Assembly: GCF_009834535.1 (NCBI RefSeq)
Contig: NC_045696.1
Span: 3,722,001-3,786,000, forward strand
Length of the DNA: 64,000 nucleotides
Reading direction: 5' to 3'
From: Camelus ferus
Lineage: Eukaryota
In this document: positions 13,178 through 26,419 of the stretch, piece by piece
How the letters are laid out: every line of letters starts with the position of its first letter
How positions within the stretch are numbered: position 1 is the first letter of the stretch
Made by a program: the position numbers and the translations under genes
Notes under the pieces: generated by a model
Told to the model about the DNA's origin: nothing
Seen by the model: only the letters and a program-made list of their open reading frames with translations
The model's database searches: none

Positions 13178-14452
13178 CCTGCTGCCCCCGGAGATGGGGC
13201 CCCTGTGGGTTTCCTGTCCCAGCATCATGTTCTGCTGCAGGGACAGAGCGATGCTGCACGGGTAGCCTGGGGGACACGACCGAGTGGACCGTCGAGTGGC
13301 AGGTGGCTGCTGACTCTTGCTTGGCACCTGCATGGGCTTGGGCGTCTTGCTCCAGTTGAAGTTGGTCCGGGCGCACCTGGCTGCCTGCCCATCAGTGTGC
13401 CCAGTGTCAGAGGGACTGGGTCACAGGCATTTCATCACGCCCCTCTGTCTGATGCTGGTCGCTCGGTGACAGAGCCACAAGTCCGCCCTTCTTGAGCGGG
13501 GCCACCTGCGACTGCTCAGAGCACACTGTCGGGGAGGCGGGTGCGGGAGGAGCCGTGTCCCGTATCTCCATCTGCAGCGGCGGGCAAAGAAGCCTGTTCA
13601 GAAAGTTTTCGTGGGATTCTTGTTTCGTAGAATATCTTTAACAGGGGAGCAGGGCCAGCTGTTGCTTTCGACCTGTTTCAAAACGTTCCTGTCGCTGGGT
13701 AGTCTAGTCGGTGAGGAGTGAGTGTCAAGTATCAGCTGGTTTTTAAAACACAAAACCAGTCCCCTCGCCAGCTCTTTTATGTCCCAGTTTGTCCATCCGC
13801 CAGTCCTCGGGGGCGTCTGCTGCACAAGTAGCCGACAGCGCTGCCTGCCCTTGTTTGGATCCTGTTGCAGAAAACCTTTGAACTCTTAGGAGTCAAGTGT
13901 GCACACATCGTGGAGCATCCACTTCCGCCCCACCTGGGACCCAGAGCAGTGTTGTCTGGTCAGAGCCCCAGCCGCCGCTCCTGTTATTTTCTTCCCAGCT
14001 CATTTTTGGTAAGGCGGTGGCTTGTGCTGGGCGATGCTGTTCTGGGATCTCTCAGGGGGTTTCTGACCCACTTTACAAACACTACACTGCACAGGGGCCT
14101 CAGCTTTTGGGATGTGACCCCCGAGTCGGCTCTAGGAAGCAACCTTACAGCCTGGGACATGGAAGCCCTGCTCCTTCGTTGTGGGAGCCAGTTTGCGGCA
14201 GGACCCAGCCCGCAGGCAGACCCGCCCGTGGCCTGCTGTGTGAAACAGAGATTGATGTTAATGTACCGTGTATGTTAACGTGAGTCTGTGGGCAGGATAC
14301 ATCTTGTCTATGACAGGAGACATCCAGGCTGCTTAGAACTGGCTATGTTTTAATACGCCTGTGCTTTTAATATGTTATGCTACTGTTACTTGTAGAACAT
14401 GTGGAAGGAAAAAGTTCTGTTTGATGTCAATAAAGCTAAGTTCTCTTCCTAC
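13178..14452 (+). other. RIPK4: RIPK4 3' UTR (end approximate)
   Basis: Lies between the stop codon and the first AATAAA seen downstream; becomes AU-rich towards the end. Confidence 0.8.
14429..14434 (+). terminator. Polyadenylation signal AATAAA for RIPK4
   Basis: gtcAATAAAgct, with TGTA upstream (~14390) and a T-rich tract about 20 nt downstream. Confidence 0.85.
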
Positions 14453-14759
14453 TTTTTGGAAGCTGGTGAGACTACATTTTCATATAGATGAGCTTGCATA
14501 ATCTGATTTCTGGAAACCAGAGTTTGAAGCATTCACATATGGTGTTGGAGCCGCCCTTCGGCAGGGCAGTGCGTGTGCCCAGAACTAACCTGTGATCTGG
14601 GGCCAGAGGAGGTGGACAGGTGGACCCGGGCTTCCTGCCTCCTTAGAACGGGCCTTTCCACACGTGTGAACCCGCAGGGAAGTGATCTAGTCTCGGTGGA
14701 AGAAGCCCCCCCAAAACAGCGTCTTTTAAATTTCTTTTTAGGTGTTTATGATCCTTATT

Positions 14760-16200
14760 TTCATTTAACTTACATTTTGAAATAATTTTCAATTATAGAA
14801 AAGTTGTAAGAATAGTGGGTAGAACTCCAGTGTGCCCTTCGTAGACTCCCCGTTCATTTACATTTTATCTCATTTGCCTGATCGTTCCCTTTTCTTTCTG
14901 TTCTACCCAACGTCCATCCCCCCAACGCACCCATTCACCCCCTCATCTACCCCATCCATCTGTCCACCCCAACCCCCCCATTCATCTGCCCATCTACCCC
15001 CATTCATCTACATATCCCCCCAACCCACCCATCCATCCATCCCCCCAACCCACCCCATCCGTCTCCCCCACTCATACCTTCCCCACCCATCCATCCCTCC
15101 GTCCCCTGTTTATCATCCATCTGTCCATCCATCTATTCCTCTATCCCGTGATCCAGCTATCCCTCTCATCCCGTTTTTCATCCATTTATCTATCCATTCA
15201 TCCACCCCCATCCCCTATCCATCTGCCAAACATCCATCTGAGTAGGTTGTAGACAGTGTGCCCTGTGACCCTTAGATACTTCAGCGTATTCCCTAAAAAC
15301 AAGGAGTGTCTCCTATGTAGCCACAGTGTATCCATCAAAATCAGGAAATTAATGTTGATACAATTCTATCATCTCTTCTACAAATCCTTTTCAAGGATTT
15401 ACTGATTATCCCAAAAGTGTGCTTTATATTAAAAACAGCCAACTCACAGCAGCGCCGGGCCTCCCCCGTTCCCTCCCCAGCCCAGGACTGTGCTGTGTTT
15501 AGTGGTCCTGACTCCTCAGGCTGCAGCCCTGCTTCCTTCCTCTTGTCATTCATGACCTTCCAGGACAGACAGCCAGTTGTTTTGTAGCTGCCCTCAGTTT
15601 AGGTTTGTCTTAATTCTCCGGATTTGATTTAGGTTAAGCGTTTTTGGCAGAAACACTACAGACATGGCATTGTGCACAAAGTACAGCTCACCTTTTAATT
15701 TTTCATTTGTCAGTATGTGCTCATGGATCCCTATTTGGTCAATGGATTCTGCTTCATTATCAGTTATTTTGATGTTCAAATTATCCCTGATTGGCCAGTT
15801 CACACTGGCTCTTGTGCCCTTGGACACATCCCCATCCTTCTTTGGGCACTTCTTTTCCGACACAATGAGATGGTCCAGCCTCATCTTGTACTCCCTTCAC
15901 CCCAGCCTCAGAAGCAGCCTTTTCTCCAGTTTCCTTTAGTGAAAAAATGATGTTTAGAAGCCAAGGTCTGGGCATTAGATGTGCTTATTGTTCCTGGAGT
16001 GTCGATGCCTCTAGTTCCTCAGGAGACGGACCTGGGGAAAGTGTGTGTGTGACTTACACGTATATATACGCACGTATCTCCGCCTTACTGAGAACCATGA
16101 TTTCACGTTAGTCCCTCCAATTACGGTCCAACACCCCAGGGCTTACTCCAGCTTGTCCACATTGTGTCTGCATCCTCTGACAATGCGATCGGCCCCATCG
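14760..16200 (-). mobile_element. Old L1 (L1MC4/5-like) 3' remnant with an internal CCAT/C-rich low-complexity tract (~14905-15240)
   Basis: Motifs ttttgaaataattttc...aaaagttgtaagaatag, caaattatccctgattggccagt and gaagccaaggtctgggc resemble recalled L1MC 3' consensus. Boundaries are approximate. Confidence 0.65.
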
Positions 16201-19200
16201 TCCTCAATGTATGTGCCCCTATGTCCCATCCCCACGTGTGGAGCAAATCTCGCTGCTCCGGCTGCCCCCTCAGTGTCTGTCCCTTCACGCAGCCCGAGCC
16301 AGCAGCCTCCTTTCTGCCTGTGCCCAGCCGCACACCCACTGGGCTGCCCGGCCTGTGGGATGAGGGTTCTTTTAAAAAGCCTTTTTTGCCAGGAATCAAG
16401 ACCTGGGAACTTTTATGTCCTAAGCCTCTGCCATTCAGCTCAAGTTTCATTTTCTAGTGCATCCCTTCATCATTTTCCTTCCTGTCTTGAGAGAGTTGAA
16501 CATTACATTTTTACTTCTTCACTTCCCAGGAACTTCAGGCTTTCCCCCCTTTTTTCTCTGATTCTTATACCATGCTTTTTGATTCAGGAGCATCTTCTGG
16601 TTTGAGGACTGTGTGAACTTTTCTCTTAGACATTCTGCTTTAGGGAAAAATTGCCTCTTTGTTCCTGGGAGGAAACAAAAGTGAGACTTGAACTTCATTT
16701 GCTCTGCTGTTGCTCTGGGGCTGAGGGCCCCTTAGGACATGGCCAGATAGGCCTGGGGCAACATCAGAGAGGCATGCCAGCCTTTTCTCAATAGCTCTGA
16801 GCTGTGGAGATGGAAGGTTCTGGAAGAGAAGTGGTTTTTCCAGGGGTTGCTGGGGCAGACGGAGGAGCAAGGCAATGCCCTCCAGCAGTGACATCCAGGT
16901 GCCCACACAACCCCGCTCACTGCAGCCGGGGGAGGAGGTCAGAACCAGGGGCAGCTTGGCACCGAATGTTCCCTTGTTACCAGAATACCCAGGGCGGGGG
17001 CCGCCCAGCAGAGGTCTCAAGCCCAGCCTCAGAGACATGGTCCCCTGGGCTCAGGTGCCTCCTGACTTGATTACTGTGACCACGTCACCCTTACAGACAC
17101 ACCTGCAGCCACACTCAGAGAGGTTGGACACCTGACTGTGAATGGTGCATCCCTCCTGTTTCCATGGTTTCGCGACTCCGTGTCCTACAGATCTCAGGGC
17201 ATCGTAGGCCTGGTGCAGGTTCCTCCCAAATCCCCTCTGGACAGAGGCGGTGGCCAGCTGGCTCCTGGTGCTCTCCCGTGACAGCCACTGGCACACGTGC
17301 CTGTGCACCTGAGGGCTCCCTAGCAGACAACTGGTTTACCCCTTGACCGCTCCACTCCCCAGTGTGTGTGAGCCAAGGGTCTCCATCTCCTTCCAGGTCA
17401 CAGGACCTGATCCCAGTTCTCCGGGGCCTCTGTTTGCTGGACGCATTTCCCTGTGCTAGGCATTAGTGACTTACTTCAGAAGGGTGGGCATGGCGGGCAG
17501 GGTGATTAAGGCCCCTGTTGAGGCGGCAGGAAGGAAGCGGGCGTTTGCAGAAGCTGACATCCAGGGCAGAGTCCTTGCCTCTAAGCTTACACTTCGGTGC
17601 CAGGTTCTTGAAAACTTTGACTCTTAGCGCTGGACAAGCTTTCCTCCCCGCTTGGCATCCGCCTCTCCCCCCTTCCCTCCCTCCCTCTGTCTCTCTTCCT
17701 CCCATCCCTATCCTCCCTTCCTTCCTCCCTCTTTTCCTCCTTTCCTTTACAATTATCTTGTGAGGTCGGGTGGTCAGGATCCACCACACGAGGACCTGCA
17801 CGACCTTCTCAGTTGCTGGAGCTCCAGGCCTGTTGCGTCCATGCACCAACATCGTGGTCAGGGGACAGTGGCACTGGTGGTGACTGTCGAGTGAGGAGAG
17901 GCACTGGATGGGCAGTCTTCCACGCAGTGGTGCTAGGCCCCACTAGCAAAGAAAAATGTGCTGCTTTGTGCTGCCAGTGTCAGGAATGGCTAGATCCAGG
18001 CGTTCACACAATGTCACCTTTCCCCCAATGTTGGTTTCATTACTGGGCAGGGAGGCCCCTTGCAAAAAAACGGCCCTGACGTCTCCAAGCTTAAATCACC
18101 TCGGCTCAAAGATCCCAGTAGACAGAGAGCTTCTTTCCCTTAATAGCTCCCCTTTCCTAAACCCCAGATTAAACATCATTCAGAGGAACTTAGACCCTCT
18201 GTAACATTTTAACGGCTTTGAAATAGTTGACGGCATCTCACACTGGAAGCTGGCAGCCTCTTCTCTCTTGGAGGCGCTTCAGATAGCGGTACATTGTATC
18301 ATTCCTGGCACCTCAGACGTAATATGGTGGCTCCTCTGCCCGGCTGCGCCCCTTCCTAAGACCAGGGAACGAGAATGTTCTGGTCGACAGACTGGGTGGG
18401 GCTGGTCCATCTCACCCCTGAACATGGGGTGGTAGTTTCCTAAAGGACTCTGGCTCCTGCTGGAAAAGGTGGGCTAGGGGCTGGGGAGTGACAGCCACAG
18501 GCGTTGTCATGTAGGGACCCCTACAGAGAGCCCACACGGCAGCTGGACCACCTGTGGACCTGGGTTGGGTGGGCATCTTCTCGGGAATCAGACAGAGGGG
18601 TCCCTGACCCAGGCCCTTCTCAGAACCCTGAGAAAAGGGTGGGGGTGTCCTGGAAGGACCATCGTCAGCCTGGCCGTGGAGACGTGCCCAGTGGCTTGTG
18701 AGCCACAGCAGATGGATCAGAGAGAGAGTCTTGGGGCCACTCACTAGAAGCATCAGAGGTGGGGGAAGACCCCAGCTCCCAGGCTCTGTGAAGCTGCTGC
18801 ACCACGTCTGGAGGGGGAGAAAATTCACCCCTAGTCCTGAGCTCTGCCCAGAAGAGGAAGCCCAGAGCCCCACTCCCTGCTGAGAAGAGTGGGGTGTGAT
18901 GCTCCTAAGCCAAGTTGCACCTCCGGCAGTGCCCACCTGAGGGAAAGGGACGAGCCACCGAATAATGGTAGGAGCAGTCCCCTTGCTCAGGTGACCGCCT
19001 CTGTGGGCTGGGAGAGGGAAGAACATTCCAGAGCCTCCCAGGCAGCTGCTGTCGGCCCTGATGAGGAAGCGTCACGCACGGAGTGAGTTGTCTCCCTGGC
19101 CAACGGCAAGTGCCACTGTCTACAGTAACAGTGTTTGCGCTGAAAGAGGGAAGCTCACATTTAGACAAGTGTTCAGCTGGCTGCCGGACGAGGACGAAAA

Positions 19201-20269
19201 GACCATGCAACAGGAGACGAGCAGGCTCAGGGCAGAGGCACCCTGCTGGTCGTGTCACAGCTACGCGTCTGTGTGCAGGGAAAAGAATGAGCGAACAGCC
19301 GTGTGTAGCTCCGGAAAGATGCTCCCCCGAGTGTGAGGGCTGCTGCCCCAGAGAGTGGGGGTCCAGGGTGCGGCGGGAGGATGCACTTTTTTTAATGACA
19401 CATGTCTGAGTCGGATGCTGCTGATTGGCACAGAGCCTGGAGGTGTCATCAAGCAAACGAGGAGAATGTCTCCTTCCTTCCTTCCTTCCTGAGTCACTGC
19501 CTGGGCCGGCTGGGCCACTGGAAAAACCAGCCCCAGGTGAAGTGGCACCTGGCAGGGATGGTGAGTGGAGCCGGTGGGGAGGCGGCCCCACTTGGGAGAA
19601 GGCTGCTCTCCGGGGCGGCCACTGCCTCCTGTGTGGCCCCAGGACCTCCTTTTCCCTTGGTCTTTCCTGGGCGGCTGTGGGGAGAGACCTGAGCAGTGAG
19701 AGCCCTGCTGACCAGCCAGCCAGCCAGCTCCCAGAGAGCAGGCGTCTCGCTGCCTCTCTGCCTCTCCTTGTGCCTCTGGGAACAAAGCCCACCAAATGCG
19801 TTGAATCTGACACTAAAAATATCAGTCTGCAGGGGTGAAGGCAGCAGACTCTGAAGGGCATAGACAGACACGAGGACTGCTCAACATACCAGGAGCCCTT
19901 AGACCCGGACCTCTCCCCGCCCTGCCCCCTCTGCATCAGAGATGGGACACATTTGAACCAGATGTGCCTGGATCCAGTGCCTCCAGGCCTATCTGGGGGG
20001 GCGGATGGGGGAAGGAATTCAATGCCAGGAAACGAGGTCTATTCTCCATACTCTCAGGGGAGAACTGTGCCTTCCCGGCCCCTCCAGCACCCAGCACCTC
20101 CAGGCAGGAAGCGATCTACAGCCCTGGCAGGTGAGGGTCCCCTCCGCCATCATCCCGCAGAGCCGTCTGCTCACTGATAAGCCCCACCCTTGCACACAGG
20201 GCTTCCAGACACCTGTTACTCATTCATTCATCTCTGGAAGATAAATAGTGAGCCCACTAGACACAAAGA

Positions 20270-21400
20270 GTGCCCCTCACTGGACAGATAAAGCAAGACA
20301 CTGCCCCCAACCAGCCCGACAAGCAGAGAAAACGATCAGAGAAAACAAAATATGCAGCAGGAGAAAACTTAAAAATTTACAGTTACCTCAGGCCAAAACA
20401 GAAGGTTTTAAATAAATGGAAACCAGAACAGGCGTGTGTGTGGGGGGTGTGTGTGTGTGTGTGTGTGTGTAAGTAAACATTTAGATAACAGAAATTGAAC
20501 ATTTTTTCAATGTGATGAGAGAAATGAAACTCTTACAAGAAAAGGTCAGAATCCTTCCCAGAGGCCCAGCATCCTGATGATAGGAGTTCCAGAAACAGGG
20601 ATGGAAGCAAACCTGCCCAAAGTCAAGATGCAAAGCTCAGCTAGAGAAGGGCCACCATCGGGATGGGGATGGAGACGTGGTCCTGAAAGCTTCCAGGGGG
20701 TTGGGCGGGATTCTAAATCAGATGGCATCAGGCTGCTAGACAACAAATGACCAGCAAGGAGACAAGGGAACGATGCCAACAGCATTCCATGGAAGGTGGT
20801 TTTTGAATCTAGAACTCCTGTGAGTTTTCTCCTTTAATTCTCAACTTTCTGTTGGTATTTCCATCTTTTTATCTCCCGGTGCTACCTTCTGCATGATTGA
20901 TCTCTAAACGAAAGTTGTGCCTTCTAGCTGCTGACTGGAGCTGATCTTGTGCTAAGTGGCCTGTGTCTAATCTGCAGTTAACCTCTCCATCGAAATGCTT
21001 ATTTCACTCACTATGTTTTCTATTTCTAAAAGTTCTGCTTTATTCCTTCTGAATCTGCCTTTTTTTTTTCCAGTAGTACCTGTGTTCCGTTTCTTGTTTT
21101 ACACCTATAATCATTTTAAACATGCCCATTTAAAGCTTTTATCTGGTAATTCTATTACCTGAGGTTCATAGGGATCTCATTTCTGTTTATTGGGTCTGCT
21201 GGTGGATTGTGTCCTCGAGTTTTACAATTTCAGATTGTGAGCTCATTCTCAGGCGGGCTCTACCTGTGGGAATCTTTTGTGCCCGGGCTGAGGATGTGTT
21301 TTCCTGAGAGATTTTGTGTTTGCAAGGTTCTCAGCTGTACTGCCAGCCTGTGGTGGTTTTTATGCTAATTTCAGGGCTCTGTGGGTCACAGACTATGCAG
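20270..21400. mobile_element. Decayed L1/HAL1 ORF1-region remnants (+ strand to ~20820, then - strand) with a (TG)n tract at 20433-20470
   Basis: atcagatggcatcagg...gaatctagaactc resembles the L1M ORF1 3' part; tgtgtctaatctgcagttaa...ttctaaaagttct resembles antisense ORF1. Confidence 0.5.
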
Positions 21401-21456
21401 ATAACATACATTTGAGTCTCATGCCTAAAGAGGACAGGCCCTTCTTTACAAGTTCT

Positions 21457-21491
<35 letters not shown>

Positions 21492-22459
21492 GATTTTTTT
21501 TAACCACTCATGGTGTAGGCTAAAATAAATATACTTGGAGGTCTTCTCTCTTTGCTGGTAGGTGGATATGTTCCTTCAAGGGTCTCATTTATAGAAGCTG
21601 CCTCACACAGGCTCCCGGCCTTATCTCATGTCCTGGGATGTTTGACCCAAATCCCAAGCTATGGAGACCAGAGCAATTTCACAGTTTGAAGCAGCTGTGT
21701 TCACCAGGCTGGTCCTCATTCCTCTCTTCTCTTTTGGCCCCTGGAGATTTTATTCCCTTTCTTCCTGGTATATCTAGCTTGTTGCTTAAAAGGATTCTCA
21801 CATTTTGTGCAACATTTCTAGCTGTGTGGTAGGAAAGTGTTCATGTTTGGTCCACCCAGGAAAGGGGTGGGTCCAATCCTATGGACCTAGTCATAGTGAT
21901 GTATAGACAGTGAATTTTGATTTCATTGTGGGTGAGGACATAACTACACCGGGTGGATGTGGGTGTGGGTGGAGTTGTTGAGAAAGAGCTAAATCTCCAT
22001 CTTCTACCAGTCAGCAATGAACATTAAACATCAAACAGAAAAGACAAAGACACCACAGTGTAAGCATGTGATGGGGTGAACACAAAAGAGAGAGCTGAGA
22101 GATTTGAACGTGGCCGCCCCGCAGTGAGAACTGCATCTGGGCGGTGGGCAACGAGGAGGGCAGGGGACAGCTGTACGCCGTTTCCTTGTCTTGAGTGTTT
22201 TACTTTTTCACCCTGTGGATTTTTACCGATTTGACTTTTAAAAAACACACAAACTCACATGAAAGAGTCTGAAAACACTGTCTACACGGGTTTGTTTGCT
22301 GAGGGGAGGCCCCAGGGGGCTTGGGGATGAGCCAAAAGTCGCCCTGGGAGACCTCTCTGAGGAATCCCAAACTGCAGGAACCCAGGGGGTCTGCTTCCAC
22401 CTTTCAGGGCAGCTGCCCTGAGTTTCAGCATCAATTCAACAAGCTCTCTCGTGGGGGCA

Positions 22460-22612
22460 GGGGGGAGGGTGTAGCTCAGTGGCAGAGCGCATGCTCAGCA
22501 TGCACAAGGTCCTGGGTTCGACCCCCAGTACTTCCACTTAAAAAAATAAATAAACGTAAGTATCTCCCCTCCCGTTCCCCACCCCTAAAAAGAACCCAAA
22601 ACAAAACAAAAA
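22460..22612 (+). mobile_element. tRNA-Ala-derived SINE (camelid vic-1 type)
   Basis: A box TAGCTCAGTGG (22472-22482), B box GGTTCGACCC (22515-22524), then an A-rich linker, a C-rich tail segment and an A-rich tail. Confidence 0.9.
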
Positions 22613-23375
22613 GAGGCACTCTTCAGCATCTCCTAAATACCAGTGTCTGAGCTGGTATTGAGAACCTCCCAGCTATCACAAGGGAGAATAGAAGATGCCC
22701 AGGAGTGATGTCCCAGCCCATCAACCGTCCACTGAATGAGACCTGGTCGACTGACTGTAATTAACCCCATAGATTTTCCTTTGCAGGCAAACAACCCCTC
22801 AAAGGCTCGTGGCAGCTTCTGGGGAAGGTGGCGTGACTGGGGAACTTTCCTTCTCGTCCCTTTAGCCCCGAGTAGGAATAATGGAATAATCGATGTTTAC
22901 CTGGCGCTGAGTAACTGGGTGGGGCTTCCCCAGTGAGCCTGTTTCTCCTGCTGCCCTCCCTCCCTCCCTCCACCCAGACTTGGGCTTTGCCTCTGTCTGT
23001 GGGCGGCCGGAGCCTTGATCTCCCTCAGAGGCCCTAACCGGGTTCCCTCTAGCTGCCCCGGCACGTGGACAGCCTGGTTACTTCGTGTGGCCTTGCTGCG
23101 CCGTGGCAAGCAACTGGGCCCCACCTCCGACCGCACAGCCTGCAGCCTGGCCTAGTGGGCATTGCCCCAGCTCCTCGGGCGAGTGGACCACTTTCCATTC
23201 CCTTCCTGGAGACCTTTACCGTCATGGCGGCCCCTGCAGGGAGAAAGCACGGCGCCCCGTCCGGAGACCTTGGTCCCAGGCCTGGCCTGCTGCTCCCGAC
23301 CATGTGCCCTGGGTCAAGCTGTGAGGCCTAAAAGCTGAGGGTCCAAAGTTCCATGAGCTCTGAAGACCTGCTGGT

Positions 23376-23930
23376 GGCATTTACCCAAAGAGCTGCAAAC
23401 AGGGACTCAGGTAAGTGTAAGCACACCCGTGCTCAGAGCTGCACGTCCACAATCAGCACAGGAAGCAACCCCAAGCCCATCAGCAGGTGACTGGATGAAC
23501 ACGCTGTAGTGTCTACACACAGCGGATATTACCCAGACATAAAAGGAAGGAAGCATGGGTGCCTGCTACCACGGGGATGAGCCTCTAAGTCACTGTGCTT
23601 TGGGAAAGACGACGGACATGAAAGTTCTGCTGATTTTCCATTGCTGTGAAATCAATATTGATATGAAATTCCATTTCGAAATTCCACTGATCTGAAATCA
23701 ATATTCCAGTGATTCATGGATATGAAAGGTCCCATCCAGGCAAATGCAGTGACAGACCAATGAGAGTCAGGACTGAGGGGCGGGGCTGGGGAGAAACTGC
23801 CTAGGGGGTCCAGGTTTTGCTTTGGAGGGAGGGAAACGCCATGGCCACACAACATAGTGAATGTCCTAGATGCTCCTGACCGCTGACTCTGAAGTGGCTC
23901 GTTTAATGTTGCATTCGTCACTTCAATAAA
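23376..23930 (+). mobile_element. L1MB-like 3' end
   Basis: ggcatttacccaaagagctg...cataaaaggaaggaagc...cacttcaataaa matches L1 3' UTR architecture. Confidence 0.75.
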
Positions 23931-24524
23931 TGGAAAAGAAATTGATTCCTCAAGAGAAGCAAGCCCCACGGCCACCAGAACCTGCTAACAATGTGGGCAG
24001 TGGAGCAGCTCACCTGAGGACTTGAGCCGGTGTCCCCACCCCGACCCTGCCCTCTGCCATTTCCATCCTGGCTGGCAGGGCTCCCTCCCCAGGTGACTCT
24101 CCATGCAGAGGACACATCTTCCTGGGAAGGGGACAGCTCAGGCCGTGGGCCCTGGGAACCACATTTCTGCAGGAGTGCTTCCAAACAGCAGAACAAAGAC
24201 ACTTCCAAGAAATCACAGGAGGTCAGGGCGGTGTGAAGCATTGTGGGTGCGAGAGGCTGGCTGGAGTTTCCTGGCTATGACTGGTTGTGGCAGGAACGAT
24301 CTTCACGCCCTGGCCACGGCGAGCCGAGGTGGAGGGGCGGGGCTGGCACACGCAGGAGCGGGTGGGGGCTCTGTGGGCTCTGCTGAGTTGTTTGGCCCAA
24401 ATTTGACCCCTCCAGAGGGCTTCTCCCAGTTCCAGCCGAGCCTGGGGAGCTGTGTGTATGATGCTTGTCTGCTCCTCCCAGTCCTGGGTGAACGGGCAGG
24501 GGCGGGGGCAGGCCTGATGCTCCG

Positions 24525-24923
24525 TGTCCGTCAGGGCTCTCCAGAGAAAGCAACAATAGGATGTGGAGAGATACAAAGTAGGAGATTGATTGTAAGGAAC
24601 TGGCATGTGCGACTATAGAAGCTGGCAAGTCCCAGTCCCTCAGGGCGGGCCAGGTGGCTGGAGGCCCAGTTCAAGTCTGAGGGTGACCTGCTGCAGTAGC
24701 CCTCTTATTTGGGAGAAGACAGCCTTTTGTTCTATTAAATCCATCAACTGATTGGACGAGACCCACCCACATTATGGAGGGCAGTCTGCTTTACTCCAAG
24801 TCCACCAATTTAAATGGCACTCTCATCTGAAAACACCCTCAAAGTAACATTCAGAATAATGTTGGACCAGATGTCTGGGCACCACAGCCCGGCCAAGCTG
24901 ACACATAAAATCAGCCCATCACA
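24525..24923 (-). mobile_element. MLT2 (ERVL) solo LTR
   Basis: TG...CA ends; cagggctctccagagaaa and gccaagctgacacataaaatcagcccatcaca are typical MLT2 termini. Confidence 0.8.
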
Positions 24924-25584
24924 TTCCCTTCCTCTTCCCAGCAGCAGCACTGGGTGCTAAGGGCCACCCAGCATCGCCAGGCTCAAGCTCAGGGGACCTA
25001 GGGTGCTGGCTTCCCCAGGGGTGCAGGCTGTTCTGGCACCCCACCAGGGGCCTGGCCAGGCTTCCTCTCTGGAGATGGAACATCAGAAGGGAAGAAGTTA
25101 ATACAGACAAGCACATGGCCGCTGGGGACGCCAAGTCACAGGAAACAGCTTCTGCCTATCTGAGCACATTTCCCCTTCATTTATCATAGCCAGCGATGCC
25201 TGTTGGGACCTGCCACAGGAAACTATCTCCTCGACCTACCTGAGCACAGCCTTCCTGGGGTGGCTCCACCTTCCTGGTGGCCTCCCCATTGTCCCCGCTC
25301 ACATCCTGGCTCTTACTCCGCTTTCAGCCCAGGGGAAGAGCTCCCAGTGCCCCTTGGAGGAGGCTTTCAGGGTCTTTCTGAGTCAGGGCATTGCAGCCAG
25401 GGGCCGACTGTCCTGACCTTGTTGGTTAAAACCGGGGCCAGTGTCACTGCTCCCAGGGGATGAGGAGGAGATGGGCACCCTGTTGGTCCTGACTAAATGG
25501 GGATGGGAGGTCGGTGCCAGTGCTGACCTTTCATAGATGAAAAGACTGAGGCCCCAGGGAGGCAAAGTTACTGCCCAAGATCAT

Positions 25585-25902
25585 TTTTTCATGTAAATAT
25601 ATGACAAATATTGCATGAAACACACTAACACTAAAAAGTTATCCATAGCTCAGTTTATTAAATTTTTTGTTAACATTTACAATTCTCAACTTCACTAACA
25701 TTTCATTTGAAATTTTTATTGAAAAAAGGAGTCATCATTTCTAACATAAATATACCCCAAATATTGCATGGGGCTTACACCAATTGACGAACGATTTACG
25801 AATATTTATCATTTGTACTTTATGACTACTTACACTGAAAAATGGTTGTTTATCTGAAATTCACATTTAGTTGGGTGCCTTTGAATGTCATCTGGCAACC
25901 CC
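25585..25902. mobile_element. MER53-like hAT MITE, preceded by a MIR fragment (~25528-25582)
   Basis: Central caaatattgcatg occurs twice; terminal gttgtttatctgaaattcacattt...atctggcaacccca. Confidence 0.7.
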
Positions 25903-25954
25903 ACTTATACAACACCTTCCTCAGCAATTGTTATACTTGTTTGACAAGTATAAA

Positions 25955-26240
25955 ACTTTTTGTTTTTTAATTTTTAATATTTTGGGGTTTTTTGGTTTTA
26001 TTTAAGTATATATAGTTGATTTACAATGTTGTGTTAGTTTCAGGTGCACAGCAAAGTGATTCAGTTATACATGTGTATATATATTCCTTTTCGTATTCTT
26101 TTCCGTAATGGATTGTTACAAGATGCTGAATATCGTTCCCTGTGCTGTACAGTAGATCCTTGCTGTTTGTCTATTTTATATATGATAGTAGCGTGTACCT
26201 GTTAATCCCCAACTCCTAATTTATCTCTCCTCGCCCTTAA
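25955..26240 (-). mobile_element. Artiodactyl/camelid L1 3' end, 5'-truncated
   Basis: T-rich tail then tagttgatttacaatgttgtgttagtttcaggtgcacagcaaagtgattcag; same family as 36971, 48153, 50462, 55769 and 63576. Confidence 0.85.
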
Positions 26241-26419
26241 ACTTTGTTTTTAAGCACTTCAGAATTTGGATTTCTCTCGTTTATTCCGCAGGTGTTACTG
26301 CAGCCCACAGGTGCCGTGACTCTACTAGCAAAGACATTAACATTTCTTGCGGTACAAAGACACCGTGCTTCGCCATTTGCAAAACTAGACATAAAACAAG
26401 GGGAACAGGATTCTCTTCA

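Noticed and set aside
18905..19936. 343-aa minus-strand ORF, the longest outside RIPK4
   Set aside because: No recognisable domain, composition typical of GC-rich non-coding DNA, and it starts at GTG rather than ATG.
22460..22536. tRNA-Ala gene
   Set aside because: It has an altered anticodon loop, extra 5' G-rich bases and a SINE tail rather than a T-run terminator. Several diverged copies exist in the window.
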